Part shown: positions 40,286 through 53,400 of the stretch, one piece after another
Layout of the letters: each line of letters opens with the position of its first letter
Numbering within the stretch: the stretch's first letter is position 1
Notes under the pieces: model-generated
Seen by the model: only the letters and a program-made list of their open reading frames with translations
Told to the model about the DNA's origin: nothing
Database searches by the model: none
Made by a program: the position numbers and the translations under genes
From: Mobula hypostoma
Taxonomy: Eukaryota
Length of the DNA stretch: 64,000 nucleotides
Assembly: GCF_963921235.1 (NCBI RefSeq)
Contig: NC_086097.1
Location: 220,660,001 to 220,724,000 of the forward strand
Reading direction: 5' to 3'

Positions 40286-42188
40286 CACTGGACAACAAAG
40301 ATTTTGCTTCCTGAATACATTTGGGTGTATTTTAAGAATTCTGGGGGGCTGATCATGAAAATCACCATGAAATTCCACTATCACGCACCACTTTTTTAAA
40401 AATTGCCTTTATTTGTTATTTCAATTCATAATTGAAGTTAATTAAAATGTTGCCCACAATGTAAGCTGAAAAGTTTTCTACCTTGTCCAGGCATACCTGA
40501 GCATGCTTAGGCAGTGTGGATGCTGAATGGCAGGACAGGTTTTAGAAAGGCTATAAAAGGCTATACACACACCATTCTATGCTTTGTATTTACACGTATT
40601 ACAGTTTGCAATCACATTGATGTGCATGCTCCATGCACACAGTATATTGTGTGTACTCATTAGAAGTATAGTTTTTTCCAGAGCATTTGTGATCACAAAA
40701 TGTCTCATCAATATTGCAACAACTGCAATACTTTGTTATACGCAAACACCAAGAAATCTGCAGATGCTGGAAATTCAAGCAACACACGCAAAAAATGCTG
40801 GTGAACACAGCAGGCCAGGCAGCATCTATAGGAAGAGGTCCTGACGGAGGGTCTCAGCCCGAAACGTTGACTGTACCTCTTCCTATAGATGCTGCCTGGC
40901 CTGCTGCGTTCACCAGCATTTTTTGTGTGTGTTGCAATACTTTGTTATATCTGTGGGGAGTATACGCTTAAATTCACAAGTCAGAGCAAGACTCCTCTTA
41001 TTAAGAAAGCCTATGAGGTCTACTTATTGGAAACAAGACAAAGCCTAGGCTCCTCACATTTGATGCGTACCACATGTGGTCAATTTTAGAGCTTGGCTGA
41101 GAGGTACTTGGTAGTCAACGCTGTTCACTGCCCCAGTGATACAGTGAGAACAGAAGGATCAGGTGATAGACAGCGACTTCTGTCTGACCAGTGGGTCTAG
41201 TTTCTCTGCTGAAAACAAAAAATCTATTGCTTACCCAAATCTTCTTGCAGCCATGAGTCCTGTGCCACATGACGATAGTCTTCCAGTGCTGAAGCCACCG
41301 GAGACATGGAGTCTAGAGGTGAAGATGCTATGATGCACAAGCTAGGAATGGGAAATGACACTGATACTGATACAGATTTTGAACCCTTTATGTCAAGTGA
41401 GCCTCATCTGATAACCCAATTGGAGTTAAATAACCTGGTCAGAGACTTGGGTTTGTCAAAGACAAAAGCAGAATTACAGGGTTCAAGTCTGCAAGGATGG
41501 AACCTGTTGTCACCAGACACAAGTGTCCAAGAAAGATTTTGATATTCGAGACAGATGTTTCCCAGAATAACCATTGCCAAGATTAAGGAAGGCATTTTTG
41601 TTAGTCCATAAATCAAACAGGCAATTCAAACAATTTCTAGTAGGACCAGAGAAAAATCACATGGAAGGTATTCAAGGATATCATTGAAAATTTTCTAGGC
41701 AACTACAGAGCACCACACAATATGCAACTGGTTGACAGTATGCTTCAAGCATACAAAACTATGAAGTGCGACATGTCACTCTAGATTCATTTTCTGCCTT
41801 CCCATTTAGATGACTTCTCTGCAAATCCTGGCACTGTCAGTGATGAGCATGGTGAAAGGTTTCACCAGGACATTGTGCTCATGGAGAAAAGGTATCAGGG
41901 CAACTGGAATCCATCAGTGCTGGCTGATAATTGTTGGACACTTAAGCGAGAAGCCTCACACTGAGTACAAATGAAAATCAACAAAACATTTTTAGCTCGG
42001 TTGAACTATTGGAAGGCATCAGCACCGTAATGCAATTAAATTCAATAAAAGTTTATTTCTTGCTTCTCTAAATTCCAACATGATACAAGTAGCCCGAAAT
42101 TATATTAATGTTCAATTTCAAGTGGTCTATCAAAACCACAAAAGATTTCTGAGGAAGCCACAGTTTCAAAAAAATTTGCTGTCCAGTA
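40286..42188 (+). mobile_element. Chapaev3-like (CMC superfamily) DNA transposon, internally deleted, transposase pseudogenised
   Basis: Imperfect TIRs CACTGGACAACAAA ... TTTGCTGTCCAGTA. Transposase pieces CYICGEYTLK..LIKKAYE, LITQLELNNLVRDLGLSKTKAEL and GTVSDEHGERFHQDIVLMEKRYQGNWNPSVLADNCW. Confidence 0.8.
40741..40935. mobile_element. Miniature PLE-derived fold-back element with a hammerhead motif in its loop
   Basis: 61-bp inverted arms 40779-40839 and 40875-40935 (2 differences). Flanking direct repeat TGCAATACTTTGTTATA at 40724-40740 and 40933-40949. Confidence 0.92.
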
Positions 42189-42279
42189 AATTTTGATCCT
42201 TTTTGCCATCTATATTTACCTTTCTCTTAATTTTTTTTCGCATGAATACTTTAAAAAAAATCACACTTGCATTCATACC

Positions 42280-42570
42280 ATTTTCACAATGTTTTCAGAT
42301 CATCCCAAAGTATTAAGCAGCTAATGAAGTCGTTTTGGTGTTGCCACTGTTGTAATATTGGAAACAGGAGCCGATTTGTACACACAGCAAGTTTTCACAA
42401 CAGTGATGTGACTATGGCCAAATAATCAGATATAGAAATGTTAAGGGACAAATATTGGCCAGGACATGAGGAATAACTCATCTAAAATTCTTCAAAATTG
42501 CATCACGGGACTTTTCCTGAATTAACAGATGCCTAGCAAGACAAGGTTTCTTACGGCAACGCTGACCCTG
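42280..42570 (-). mobile_element. Ancient Deu-domain SINE (SacSINE1/AmnSINE-related) remnant
   Basis: Degenerate CATCCCAAAG..TAATGAAGT..CACTGTTGTAAT..GGAAAC..CACAGCAAG..AAATATTGGCCAGGAC. Confidence 0.65.
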
Positions 42571-44194
42571 ACATTTCTGTTTGCTTGACAACCTGCAAAT
42601 AGCTAACATAAACAAGGTCCAAGTCAGAGTCAGGGTCACCCTTGTTCGCAGAAACCTTGCCACAGGATTCTTAGTTACGAAAAGCCACAAATGACACTTT
42701 GCTGCTCACTGTTATGTGCAAAAGTTAAGAGAAGCTCTCCCAGCAAAGGAGAACTGTTTATTTTTTGGTAAATAGAAATTTTGCACTGGCTTCAGCACAG
42801 GGCGTCCAAATGTACAGACATTCACAGTGGGCCTTCACTTCCTTGACAATTCTTGTCACAAGTCTTCCTCCAGTTTTTTAAAAAATTAATTTCTATTCAG
42901 ATAAACATGTGATTTTTTAATTTGCAGAATTTCTTCTGGCAATTCTGACCATTTAAATTTTGATGTTAACCTGCTGCAAGCAACTGGTGCTTGGGGTCCT
43001 CTTATAGGTCAATCTTGTTGAGGTTATGTTTTACAGAAAGCTGTGCAACATTCTGCTTCTGACTGCAGAACAGGTGTATCTGAACATTTAAATAACACAC
43101 TGAGTCTTCAGCACAAGATTATTCCTTCTGTGAAGCAGTGTCAAGTTAACGACATTCAGATATCAATATTAAGCATTACACTGCCACTGTTATCACCTGG
43201 GTGAACTATACACCAGGAAAATAATGCCAAGTTCTCAAGCCAAAAGTCAATCCTCACTAAGAACTTGCATTAACTCAAATGTGAGCACAATCTGTTAGTG
43301 AAATTTCATTGAGGGTGGAGCCAGATTTCACTATTACTCTTGTCAAAATCCCTTAATCACGAGTTGTACTTTCAGTCTCCTCTGCTATTATAAAAGACAA
43401 ACATGATTTAATTTATGACCATGTCTAGTGACCCTCTGGTCCAATTAACAAGGATTTACATGAGCGCCAATGAGACATGCCAGGATAATAATCACCTAAT
43501 ACTTTATTTGACTTTTGCCCCAGGCAAGATTCTGGCTTTGCTTGGCACATTGCATACGTTAGGCTTTGTGGAAATCAAGAAACATACTACCAAAGTGGGA
43601 TCACAACATTTCTGATGAATGTGAGTTTTTGTATTGGCACCTCCGAAGAGCAATTGGCTGTAGTGCAGGGCTCCCAAAGGAGTAGGACCTTACTGTCACA
43701 TGACCAGCCTCGAGCTGTTAACATTGGAGGTGAGTAATGGCATGCATCTCATGGAGGTCTGCTGTAATGCACATGTGCCATTCGTAGCCTTGTCCCAGAC
43801 AACAACCAATACACTCAGAACGCAAAACAGGGAACCTGACAATATCTTACGACAAGTAAAGAAAGGCAGAGCATGTCTAATAGATTGCGAGAACGTAGGA
43901 ATGCAGATGTACGGGGGATAAACACATCATGTCACTACTGTTTGCTGGAAAGAAAATATTCACTAATTGCTTGCCAATTAAAAAAGCAAAGATAATAAGC
44001 ATATTTTATAAATGGTACAAGTCTGAAATACTAATTTACCACTATTTCAAAATAGATTTTCAAAGAAACTTTGTATATTGAAATGTTTTTGCAAAATGAT
44101 GCAATGAAGTAGGCCAAGGCCTAGTCTTGAAAAGAGTATTTTATATACACAAGATTTTTTTTTGCAAATTCCAAGATTCTGAATAAATTAAGGC

Positions 44195-44972
44195 TATGGT
44201 GTGAGCAGAATTATCTGCAGCTTAATGTGAAAAAGACTAAGGAGCTGGTGGTAGACCTGAGGAGAGCTAAGGTACCGGTGACCTCTGTTTTCATCCAGAG
44301 GGTCAGTGTGGACATGATGGAGGGTTACAAATACCTGGAAATACGTATTGACAATAAACTGGACTGGTCTAAGAACACTGAGGCTGTCTACAAGAAGGGT
44401 CAGAGCCGTCTCTATTTCCTGAGGAGACTGAGGTCCTTTAACATCTGCCAGACGATGCTGAGGATGTTCTACGAGCCTGTGGTGGCCAGTGCGATCATGT
44501 TTGCTGTTGTGTGCTGGGGCAGCAGGCTGAGGGTGGCAGACACCAACAGAATCAACAAACTCATTCGAAAGGCCAGTGATGTTGTGGGGATAGAACTTTT
44601 CTCTCTCAAGGCAGTGTCTGAAAAGAGGATGCTGTCTAAGTTGCATGCCATCTTGGTCAATGTCTCCCATCCACTACATAATGTACTGGGTGGGCACAGG
44701 AGTACTTTCAGCCAGAGACTCATTCCTCCAAGAGGCAGCACAGAGCATCATAGGAAGTCATTCCTGCCTGTGGCCATCAAACTTTACAACTCCTCCATTG
44801 GAGGGTCAGACACCCTGTGCTGATAGGCTGGTCCTGGACATATTTCATAATTTACTGGCATAATTTACATATTACTATTTAACTATTTATGGTTCTATTA
44901 CTATTTATTATTTATGGTGCAACTGTAACGAAAACCAATTTCCTCCTGGGATCAATAAAGTATGACTATGAC
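44195..44972 (+). mobile_element. Rex1/Babar-type LINE 3' fragment with open ORF
   Basis: 198-aa KKTKELVVDLRR..KGQSRLYFLRRLRSF..KSFLPVAIKLYN; tail AATAAAG(TATGAC)n. Confidence 0.92.
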
Positions 44973-45862
44973 TAATTAAAAATACAGATTATGAAGCTTC
45001 ACAGTAAAGCTTTTGACCATTCTTGAAAATCTACTTCATCTAGAATCTTCCATAACAACATAGGATGACTGAAGTCTACACATTAATGGTTCAAAAGAAT
45101 CAATACATACAATTCAGCTAAATAAGCATCGGTGTTGGTAATAATTACACACTGTTGTATTTTAATTTATTAACTTTAGTCACCCATTCAGCATTGTTAG
45201 AATGTCATTTTAACTGTTCAAAAATGGTATCTTGTTCATGTTACGTAAAACTTCACTTGCCCATTACATTCCCTTAATAACCTCAGTTTTCCAAAAGAGG
45301 TTCAGCAAAAGAGAGCCAGGAGAATGCTCCACATTTACTGGATAAACTTATGAATGAACGTGATCTTGACTACTGGAGGTTAAGAGCCCCAGTGCATCTG
45401 TAACTATCTAAGCTGGTCAGAAAAACTATTAATTTTAGCTGCTTCACCAGTGGCTTTCCTAGAGCTAATGCACAGTTCAACAGCTTCACACTGCTCAAGT
45501 CCATTTGTACAACTTCAGTAAAAAGCAGCTGAGCTATTAAGCACCAATTCCGAAACAACATTTGAACATTGCCCAGTAAGTGTCAGGAAGACAATTATAA
45601 TTTCCAGCAAGTCACAATCAGACCCAAACCCAAACGTGCTAAGTTTCAACGTATTCAACGTCACTTGGAGGATGCCACATATTCAACCAGATCTGCTATT
45701 TAACATAAAAGCTGAGAGGACAAAGTATAGATACACTAACCAGTTCACTTACTCAGCTTCAAAGTCTCCCTCCACTCATAAGTCTTAAACACATGCCCAA
45801 ATCGCTGCAAAGCAAGCTTTAAAAGTTCAAAGTAAATTCAGAGTACATATGCGTTACCATAT

Positions 45863-47280
45863 CAGACATCCCTCCTCTCCCGGAAGTTCCGTTCGTCTCC
45901 CGCATATTGATAGTGGCTCCCTGACACCCGGAAATTATATACAATATCCCAGAAATCAATTCTTTTGAGAAACAGAGGGAGAGGGAGAGCGAGCATCCTG
46001 ATTGGTCTCTCTTCGTGCTAAGAGTGGTCCCCAACCACCGGGCTGCGAGGAAACAATATGATTTGGTGATGTGAAATGGTACAAGTCAGCTGCACCTTTC
46101 CTCATTCCCTGTCATGCACTGTTGAACTTGAACGCACGCGAGGTCATTACGCATGCGTCATCCGTGTCAGCGTGGGAAGATCAACTCCTCGAGCTAGCAA
46201 ATGACGGCGAGCCGAAAAGTATGTTTGACGTAACATCTTTGCCGGCATTCTGGATCAAAGTCAAGACTGAATATCCTGAGATGGCCACGAAAGCACTGAA
46301 AACGTTGCTTTCATTTCCAACATAGCTCTGCAATGAATGCAACGAAAACTAAATTGCGGAATAGACTGGACATAAGGAACCCCATTCGAGTATCGCTGTC
46401 TCCCATCACCCCTCGATAGGACCGTCTTGTTGCAGGAAAAGAAGCCCAGGGCTCCCACTGATTCAGCGATACTGGTGTGTTGCAATGATTTTATATGTTC
46501 ATATGAGGAAAATATGTGCTATGTGTTTAATATCCAAATGTTACTTAAAATGTTATGATACTATTGACTTATCACTATATTCATGCGAGGAAAATATGCA
46601 GTGTTTAATATTAAATTCGTTAGATAAACCCTTTTAGAAACTAAATTGAGTGTATTAGCCACTTATAAGTGACTTATAGTTGATTTATCACCTATATTCC
46701 AGTCGTGATTAACACCCCCCCCCCCACCCCCAGGTCAGCCGGTCTGCAAGAATATTGTCAGTATTAATCCGGTCCCAAGTGCAAAAAAGATTGGAGACCC
46801 CTGCTAAGTAGACCCATCAGTTTTCTCTCTGGGCATGCTTTACAGTCGACCTCAAAAATAATGACACTGTTGCTCGCTGAACTGTTTGCAACAGTGACTT
46901 TTCTATTGTCCATGGTGGGTTAAAATGTAAAAGACATGTTGAGGTGAGCTTAACAGGTGTCATTCATTCATTAGCATAGCTAACATTTTTAAAACTAACT
47001 GGCTGGCTGCTAAGGAGCTACGCTATTGATGTCCTACGTGATGAGGCCAAATTCCCTGTAGACTTGCTTAAAATTGTAATAGAATAAACATGATAATATA
47101 AATACATATTTTAATGTCACATTTTCAGCATATACCCAACTTGGTTTACAGATTAGACAAAATCACTGAAGTATTACATACACGCTTGGAGGTCGACCGG
47201 GGGCGGGGTGGGAGATATGGGGTTGCGGGGGGCAGGGGTACTACCTCCCTGAAATGAGTTTTTGCAGGGTGGGATGTCTG
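45863..47280. mobile_element. Non-autonomous DNA transposon with 10-bp TIRs and apparent 6-bp TSD (tentatively hAT5/hAT6-like)
   Basis: CAGACATCCC ... GGGATGTCTG; flanks CCATAT / CCAAAT; interrupts a SINE/LINE-tail repeat spanning ~45820-47370. Confidence 0.75.
46023..46803 (+). mobile_element. hAT/Charlie-type deleted element retaining the C-terminal dimerization-domain coding fragment
   Basis: Ends (C)AGTGGTCCCCAACC ... GATTGGAGACCCCTG. ORF EDQLLELAND..SLPAFWIKVKTEYPEMATKALKTLLSFPT. CTAAG at both flanks. Confidence 0.88.
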
Positions 47281-47371
47281 CCAAATACAACCCTGAGATA
47301 TTTTTTTTTGCAGCCGGACACAGTAAATCCAAGAAACACAATGAAATCATTGAAAGACCACACCCAACTGG

Positions 47372-50010
47372 ACCATAAAACACAAGAGCAGAATTAGGCC
47401 ATTTGGCCCATCGAGTCTGCTCCACCATTCTATCACAACTGACCCTCTTTTCCCCCATCTCAGCCCCACTCCCCAGCCATCTGCCCATAACCTTTAATGC
47501 CCGGTGCAATCAAGAACCTAACAAACTCTGCCTTAATACACTCAACGACCCGGCCTCCACAGCTGCCTGTGGTAATAAATGCTACAAACCCACCACTCTC
47601 TGGCTAAAGAAATTTCTCAGCTTCTATTTTAAATGGACACTCCTCTATCCTGAGACTGTGCCCTCTCATCCTAAACTCCCCCACCACAGGAAACATCTTT
47701 CCCACTTCTACTCTGTCTAGGCCTTTCAACATTCAGAAGGTTTCAATGAGATCCCCCAAACCCTGAATCCTTCTAAATTCCAGTGAGGATACAGCTCCTG
47801 AAATGAATGCCAATATTGTATTTGCCTTCCCCACCACTAACTCTACCCGCAGGTTAACCTTTAGGTTGTTCTGCACAAGGACTCCCAGGTCCCTTGGCAT
47901 CTCAAATTTTTGGATTTTCTCCCTGTTTAGAAAATAGTCTGCACATTTATTTCTACTACCAAAGTGCATGACCATGCATTTTCCAACATTGTATTTCATC
48001 TGTCACTCTCTTGCCCATTCTCCTAATCTGTCCAAGTCCTTCCGTATGCTCCTCGTTTCCCCAATGCTACCTGCCCCTCCACTAATCTTCGTTTCTGCAA
48101 ACTTGGCAACAAAGTCATCTATTCCGACATCTAAATCATTGATATAGAGAATTTTTAAAAAGTAGTCCCAAAACCTATCCCTGCGGAACACCGCTAGTCG
48201 CTGGCAGTCAACCAAAGGATCCCTATTCCCACTCACCGCCTCCAACCAATCAACCAATGTTCTAAACATGCCAGTAACTTTCCTGCAATACCATGGGCTC
48301 TTAATATATGTGGTACCTTGTCAAAGGCCTTCTGAAAGTCCAAATATACAACATCCACTGCATCCCCTTTATCTAACCTATGTGTAATCTCTCAAAGAAT
48401 TCCAACAGGTTCGTCAGGCAAGATTTTCCCTGAAGGAAACCATACCTACTTTGTACTATCGTGTCCTGTGTCACCAAATACTAAATAACCTCATCCTTAA
48501 TAATTGACTCCAACATCTACCCAACCACTGAGATCAGGCTAACTGGTCTACAGTTTCCTTTCTGTGGCCTTACTCCTTTTCTAAAGGGTGGTGTGACATT
48601 TCCAATTTTCCGGTCTTCTGGCACCATGCTTCTTGAATTTTTCGATTTTTGAAAGATCATTACTAATGCTTCCACAATCTCTACCCCTATCTCTGCCTCT
48701 ACTACCTCTACTATCTCTACCTAGGGTGCAGTCCATCTGGTCCGGGTGACTTACGTGCCCTTCGGTCTTTCAGTTTTCTGAGCATCTTCTCCCATGTAAT
48801 AGTAACTGCACTCATTTCTCTTCCCTCACACACTACAACATCTGGCACACTGCTAGTGTCTTCCACATTGAAGACTGATGCAAATTACTCATTTAGTTAA
48901 TCTGCCATCTCCTTGCCCCGTTATTATTCCTCAAGCCTAATTTTCTAGCAGTTCTATATATACTCTCATCTCACTTATTTTTTAAATTAAAAGCAGCTTT
49001 TACTATCCACTTTGATATTACTTGCTAGCTTGCTTTCATATTTGATCTTTTCCCTCCTAATGATACTTCTAGTTGCTCTCTGTAGGTTTTTAAAAACTTC
49101 CCACTCCTCTGTCTTAGCACTAATTTTTGCGTTGTTGTATGCCCTCTCTTCTGCTTGTCAGCCATGGTTGGACTATTTACCATTTGAGTATTTCTTTGTT
49201 TTGGAATACATCTATCCTACACTTTCCGCATTCTTTGAGAATCTCTAACCATTGCTGCTCCATTGTCATCCCTGCCAGCAGCTCATTCCAGTTATACTGG
49301 ATATGGGCGTTATGCAATGAACTGGAGTATCACTGTAATTTCCTTTACTCTACTGAAACACTGCTATGTCAGACTTTACATTCTCCCTATCAAATTTCAA
49401 GTTGAACTCAATCATATTGTGATCACTGCCTCCTAAGCGTTTTTTAACCTTCACCTCCGGTTCATTACATAACGCCCATATCCAGTATAACTGGTTCCCT
49501 AGAAGGCCCAACAACAAACTGCTCTAAAAAGTCATCTCGCAGGCATTCAAAAAACTCACTCTCGAAATCCATTACCACACTTGATTTTCCCAACTGACCT
49601 GCATGTTGAAATCTCCCATGACTGTCATAACATTGCCCTTTTGATATGCATTTTCTATTTCCCATTGTAATCTGTGGTCCACAATTCTGCTACTGTTAGG
49701 AGGCCTGTACATAACCAGAGTCCTTTTACCCTTGCAGTTTCTTAACTCAGCCCACAAGGATTCAAAATCTTCTGATCCTATGTCTCATCTTTCTACCGAG
49801 TTGATGCCATTCTTTACCAGCAGAGCCCCACCAAGCCCCTCTGCCTACCTTCCTAACCCTCCGATACAACACGTAACCTTGGACACTCAGCTCCCGACTA
49901 CAACCACCTTTCAGCCACGATTAAGTGGTGGCCACAACATCCCAGATGACCATCTGTAATACTACAACGAGATCATCCACCTTATTTTTTATACTCCGTG
50001 CAATGATTTG
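47372..50010 (-). mobile_element. CR1 LINE ORF2, decayed
   Basis: WAELRNCKG..YRPPNS..MGDFN, LYINDLD..FVAKFAETK, YNVGKCMVMHFG. Confidence 0.92.
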
Positions 50011-50059
50011 CCACCCTGTTTGATTCTGCGTCCCTAATGCACTGACAAACTTATGTGCA

Positions 50060-50352
50060 GAAGACAACAAACTGTGAAAACACTAAATAAATAAAGAAAG
50101 AAAGAAAGAAAGAAAGCAAGCAATGAACATTAAGAACAAAATGGATAGTGTTTGAAAGCAAGTCCAGTTCAGTGATGGGACGAGTGAAGTTGAGTGTTCC
50201 TGAATCTGGTAATGGGTCCTGAGGCACCTGTACCTTCTTCCTGATGGCAGCACTGAGAAGAGAGCATGGCCTGGATGGTGGGGGTCCTTGATGATGGATG
50301 CTGCTTTCCTGCAGCGGCACTCCATGTAGGTAGGGCTTTACTCATGATGGAC
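50060..50352 (-). mobile_element. Rex/Babar 3' tail fragment
   Basis: CRKAASIIKDPHHPGHALFSVLPSGRRYR. Confidence 0.85.
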
Positions 50353-50497
50353 AACTAACCTGGTGTTCCACCTGATTTTGATAATGTAACCACCAGCAAG
50401 GAACTGTGTATGTAGTATGCACACCAATTAAAGTTTTTTGCAAATTCATTTCTCTACACTATGACTAATCATGTGGTGGAGAAAAGAACTGGCACAC

Positions 50498-53400
50498 GGA
50501 GTCGCGTAGGGAGCGATCCCTGCGGAAAGCAGAAGTGGGGGGGAGGGAAAGATGTGCTTGGTGGTGGTATCCAATTGGAGGCAGCGGAAGTTACTTAGAA
50601 TTATACGTTGGACCCGGAGGCTGTTGGAGTGGTAGGTTAGGACAAGGGGAACCCTATTCCTAGTGGGGTGGCAGGAGGATGGGGTGAGAGTAGATGTGCA
50701 TGAAATGGGAGAGATTGGTTTGAGAGCAGAGTTGATGGTGGAAGAAGGGAAGCCTTTTTAAAAAAAAAAGGAAGACATCTCCTTCATCCTGGAATGAAAA
50801 GCCTCATCCTGAGAGCAGATGTGGCGGAGACAGAGGAATTGCGAGAAGGGGATGGCATTTTTGCAAGACACAGGGTGGGAAGATAGCTGTGAGAGTCTGT
50901 AGGCTTATAGTAGACATCAGTAGATAAGTTGTCTCCAGAGGTAGAGTCAGAAAGATCAAGAAAGGGGAGGAAGGTGTCGGAAATGGACCAGGTAAACTTG
51001 AGGGCAGGGTGAAAGTTGGAGGCAAAGTTAATGAAGTCAACGAGCTCAGCATGCATGCAGGAAGCAGCGCCAATGCAGTCAATGTAGCGAAGGAAAGGAG
51101 GGGGACAGATACCAGTATAGGCTTGGAATATGAATTGTTCCACAAAGCCAACGAAAAGACAGGCATAGCTGGGACCCATACGGGTGCCCGTGGCTACACC
51201 TTTACTTTGGAGGAAGTGGGAAGAGCCAAAGGAGAAATCAAAGTAAGGACTAATTCCGCTAGATGAAGGGGACAGCAACTGTCTCGACTTCACCACACCT
51301 TGTTCCAATTCCAACCTCACTCCTTCCGAACGCTCTGCTCTCCACTCCCTCCGCACTAATCCTAGCCTTACTATAAAACCCGCCGATAAGGGGGGTACTG
51401 TTGTAGTCTGGCGTACTGACTTCTACCTTGCCGAGGCACAGCGTCAACTGGCGGATACCTCCTCTTATTTAACCCTCAATCATGACCCCACTAAGGAGCA
51501 CTAGGCCATTGTTTCCCACACCACCACCAACCTTATCCACTCAGGGGATCTCCCATCCACTGCTACCAACCTTATAGTTCCCACACCCGGCACTTCCCGT
51601 TTCTACCTCCTACCCAAGATCCACAAACCTGCCTGCCCAGATAGACCCATTGTCTCATCTTGCTCCTGCCCCACCCAACTTATTTCTGCATACCTCGACA
51701 CTGTTTTATCCCCCCTTGTTCAATCCCTTTCCACCTATGTTCGTGACATTTCTCACACTCTGAATCTTTTCAATGATTTTAAGTTCCCTGGTCCCCACCG
51801 CCCTATTTTCACCAGGGATGTTCAGTCCCTATTCCCCACCAGGAAGGTCTCAAAGCTCTCCACTTCTTTTTGGATTCCAGACATAACCAGTTCCCCTCTA
51901 CCACCACTCTCCTCCATCTAGTGGAATCAGTCCTTACTCTTAACAATTTCTCCATTGGTTCCCCCCACTTCCTCCAAACTAAAGGTGTAGCCATGGGCAC
52001 CCGTATGGGTCCCAGCTATGCCTGCTTTTTCGTTGGCTTTGTGGAACAATCCATATTCCAAGTCTATACTGGTATTTGTCCCCATCTTTTCCTTCGCTAC
52101 ATCGATGACTGCATTGGCACTGCTTCCTGCACACATTGAGCTCGTTGACTTCATTAACTTTGCCTCCAACTTTCACCCTGTCCTCAGGTTTACCTGGTCC
52201 ATTTCCTACACTTCCCTCCCCTTTCTTGATCTTTCTGTCTCTATCTCTGGAGACAGATTATATACTGATGTCTACTATAAGCCTACAGACTCTCACAGCT
52301 ACTTGGACTATTCCTCTTCCCACCTTGTCTCTTGCAAAAATGCCATCCCCTTCTCACAATTCCTCCGTCTCTGCCGTATCTGCCCTCAGGATGAGGCTTT
52401 TCATTCCAGGATGAAGGAGGTGTCTTCCTTTTTTAAAGAAAGAGGTTTCCTTTCCTCCACCATCAACTTTGCTCTCAAACACTTCTCTCCCATTTCATGC
52501 ACATCTGCTCTCACCCCATCCTCCCGCCACCCCACTAGGAATAGGGTTCCCCTTGTCCTCACCTACCACTCCACCAGCCTCCGGGTCCAACATATAATTC
52601 TTCGTAACTTCCACCACCTCCAACGGGATCCCACCACCAAAAACATCTTTCCCTCCCTCCCTCTCTCTGCTTTCCATAGGGATCGCTCCCTACGCAACTC
52701 CCTTGTCCCTTCGTCCCCCCATTCCTCCCCACCGATCTCCCTCCTGGCACTTATCCTTGTAAGCGGAACAAGTGCTACACATGCCCTTACACTTCCTCCC
52801 TCACCACCATTCAGGGCCTCAGACAGTCCTTCCAGGTGAGGTGACATTTCACCTGTGAGTTGGCTGGGGTGATATACTGCATCCAGTACTCCCGATGCGG
52901 CCTTCTATATATTGGCGAGACCCGACATAGGCTGGGAGACTGTTTCGCTGAAGACCTACGCTCTGTCCGCCAGAGAAAGCAAGATCTCCCAGTGGTCATA
53001 CATTTTAATTCCATGTCCCATTCCCATTCTGATATGTCTATCCATGGCCTCCTCTACTGTCAAGATGAAGTCACACTCAGGTTGGAGGAACAACACCTTG
53101 TATTCCATCTGGGTAGCCTCCAACCTGATGGCATGAACATTGACTTCTCTAACTTCTGTTAATGCCCCTCCTCCCCTTCACACCCCATCCCTTATTTATT
53201 TTATATATTTTTTATTTTTCCCCCTTTGTCTCTCTCTCTCATTTTTCTCCCTTTGTCTCTCTCACTATAACTCCTTGCCTACTCTCCACCATCCGGGCTC
53301 CCCTCCCCCCTTCTCTTTCTCCCCAGGCTTCCCGTCCCATGATCCTCCCCTTTCTCCAGCCTGGTATCCCTTTAGCCAATCAACTTTCCAGCTCTTAGAT

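Noticed and set aside
6905..40949. Shared AATACTTT in two PLE TSDs as a target-site consensus
   Set aside because: Opposite orientation relative to the elements, and only two AT-rich examples
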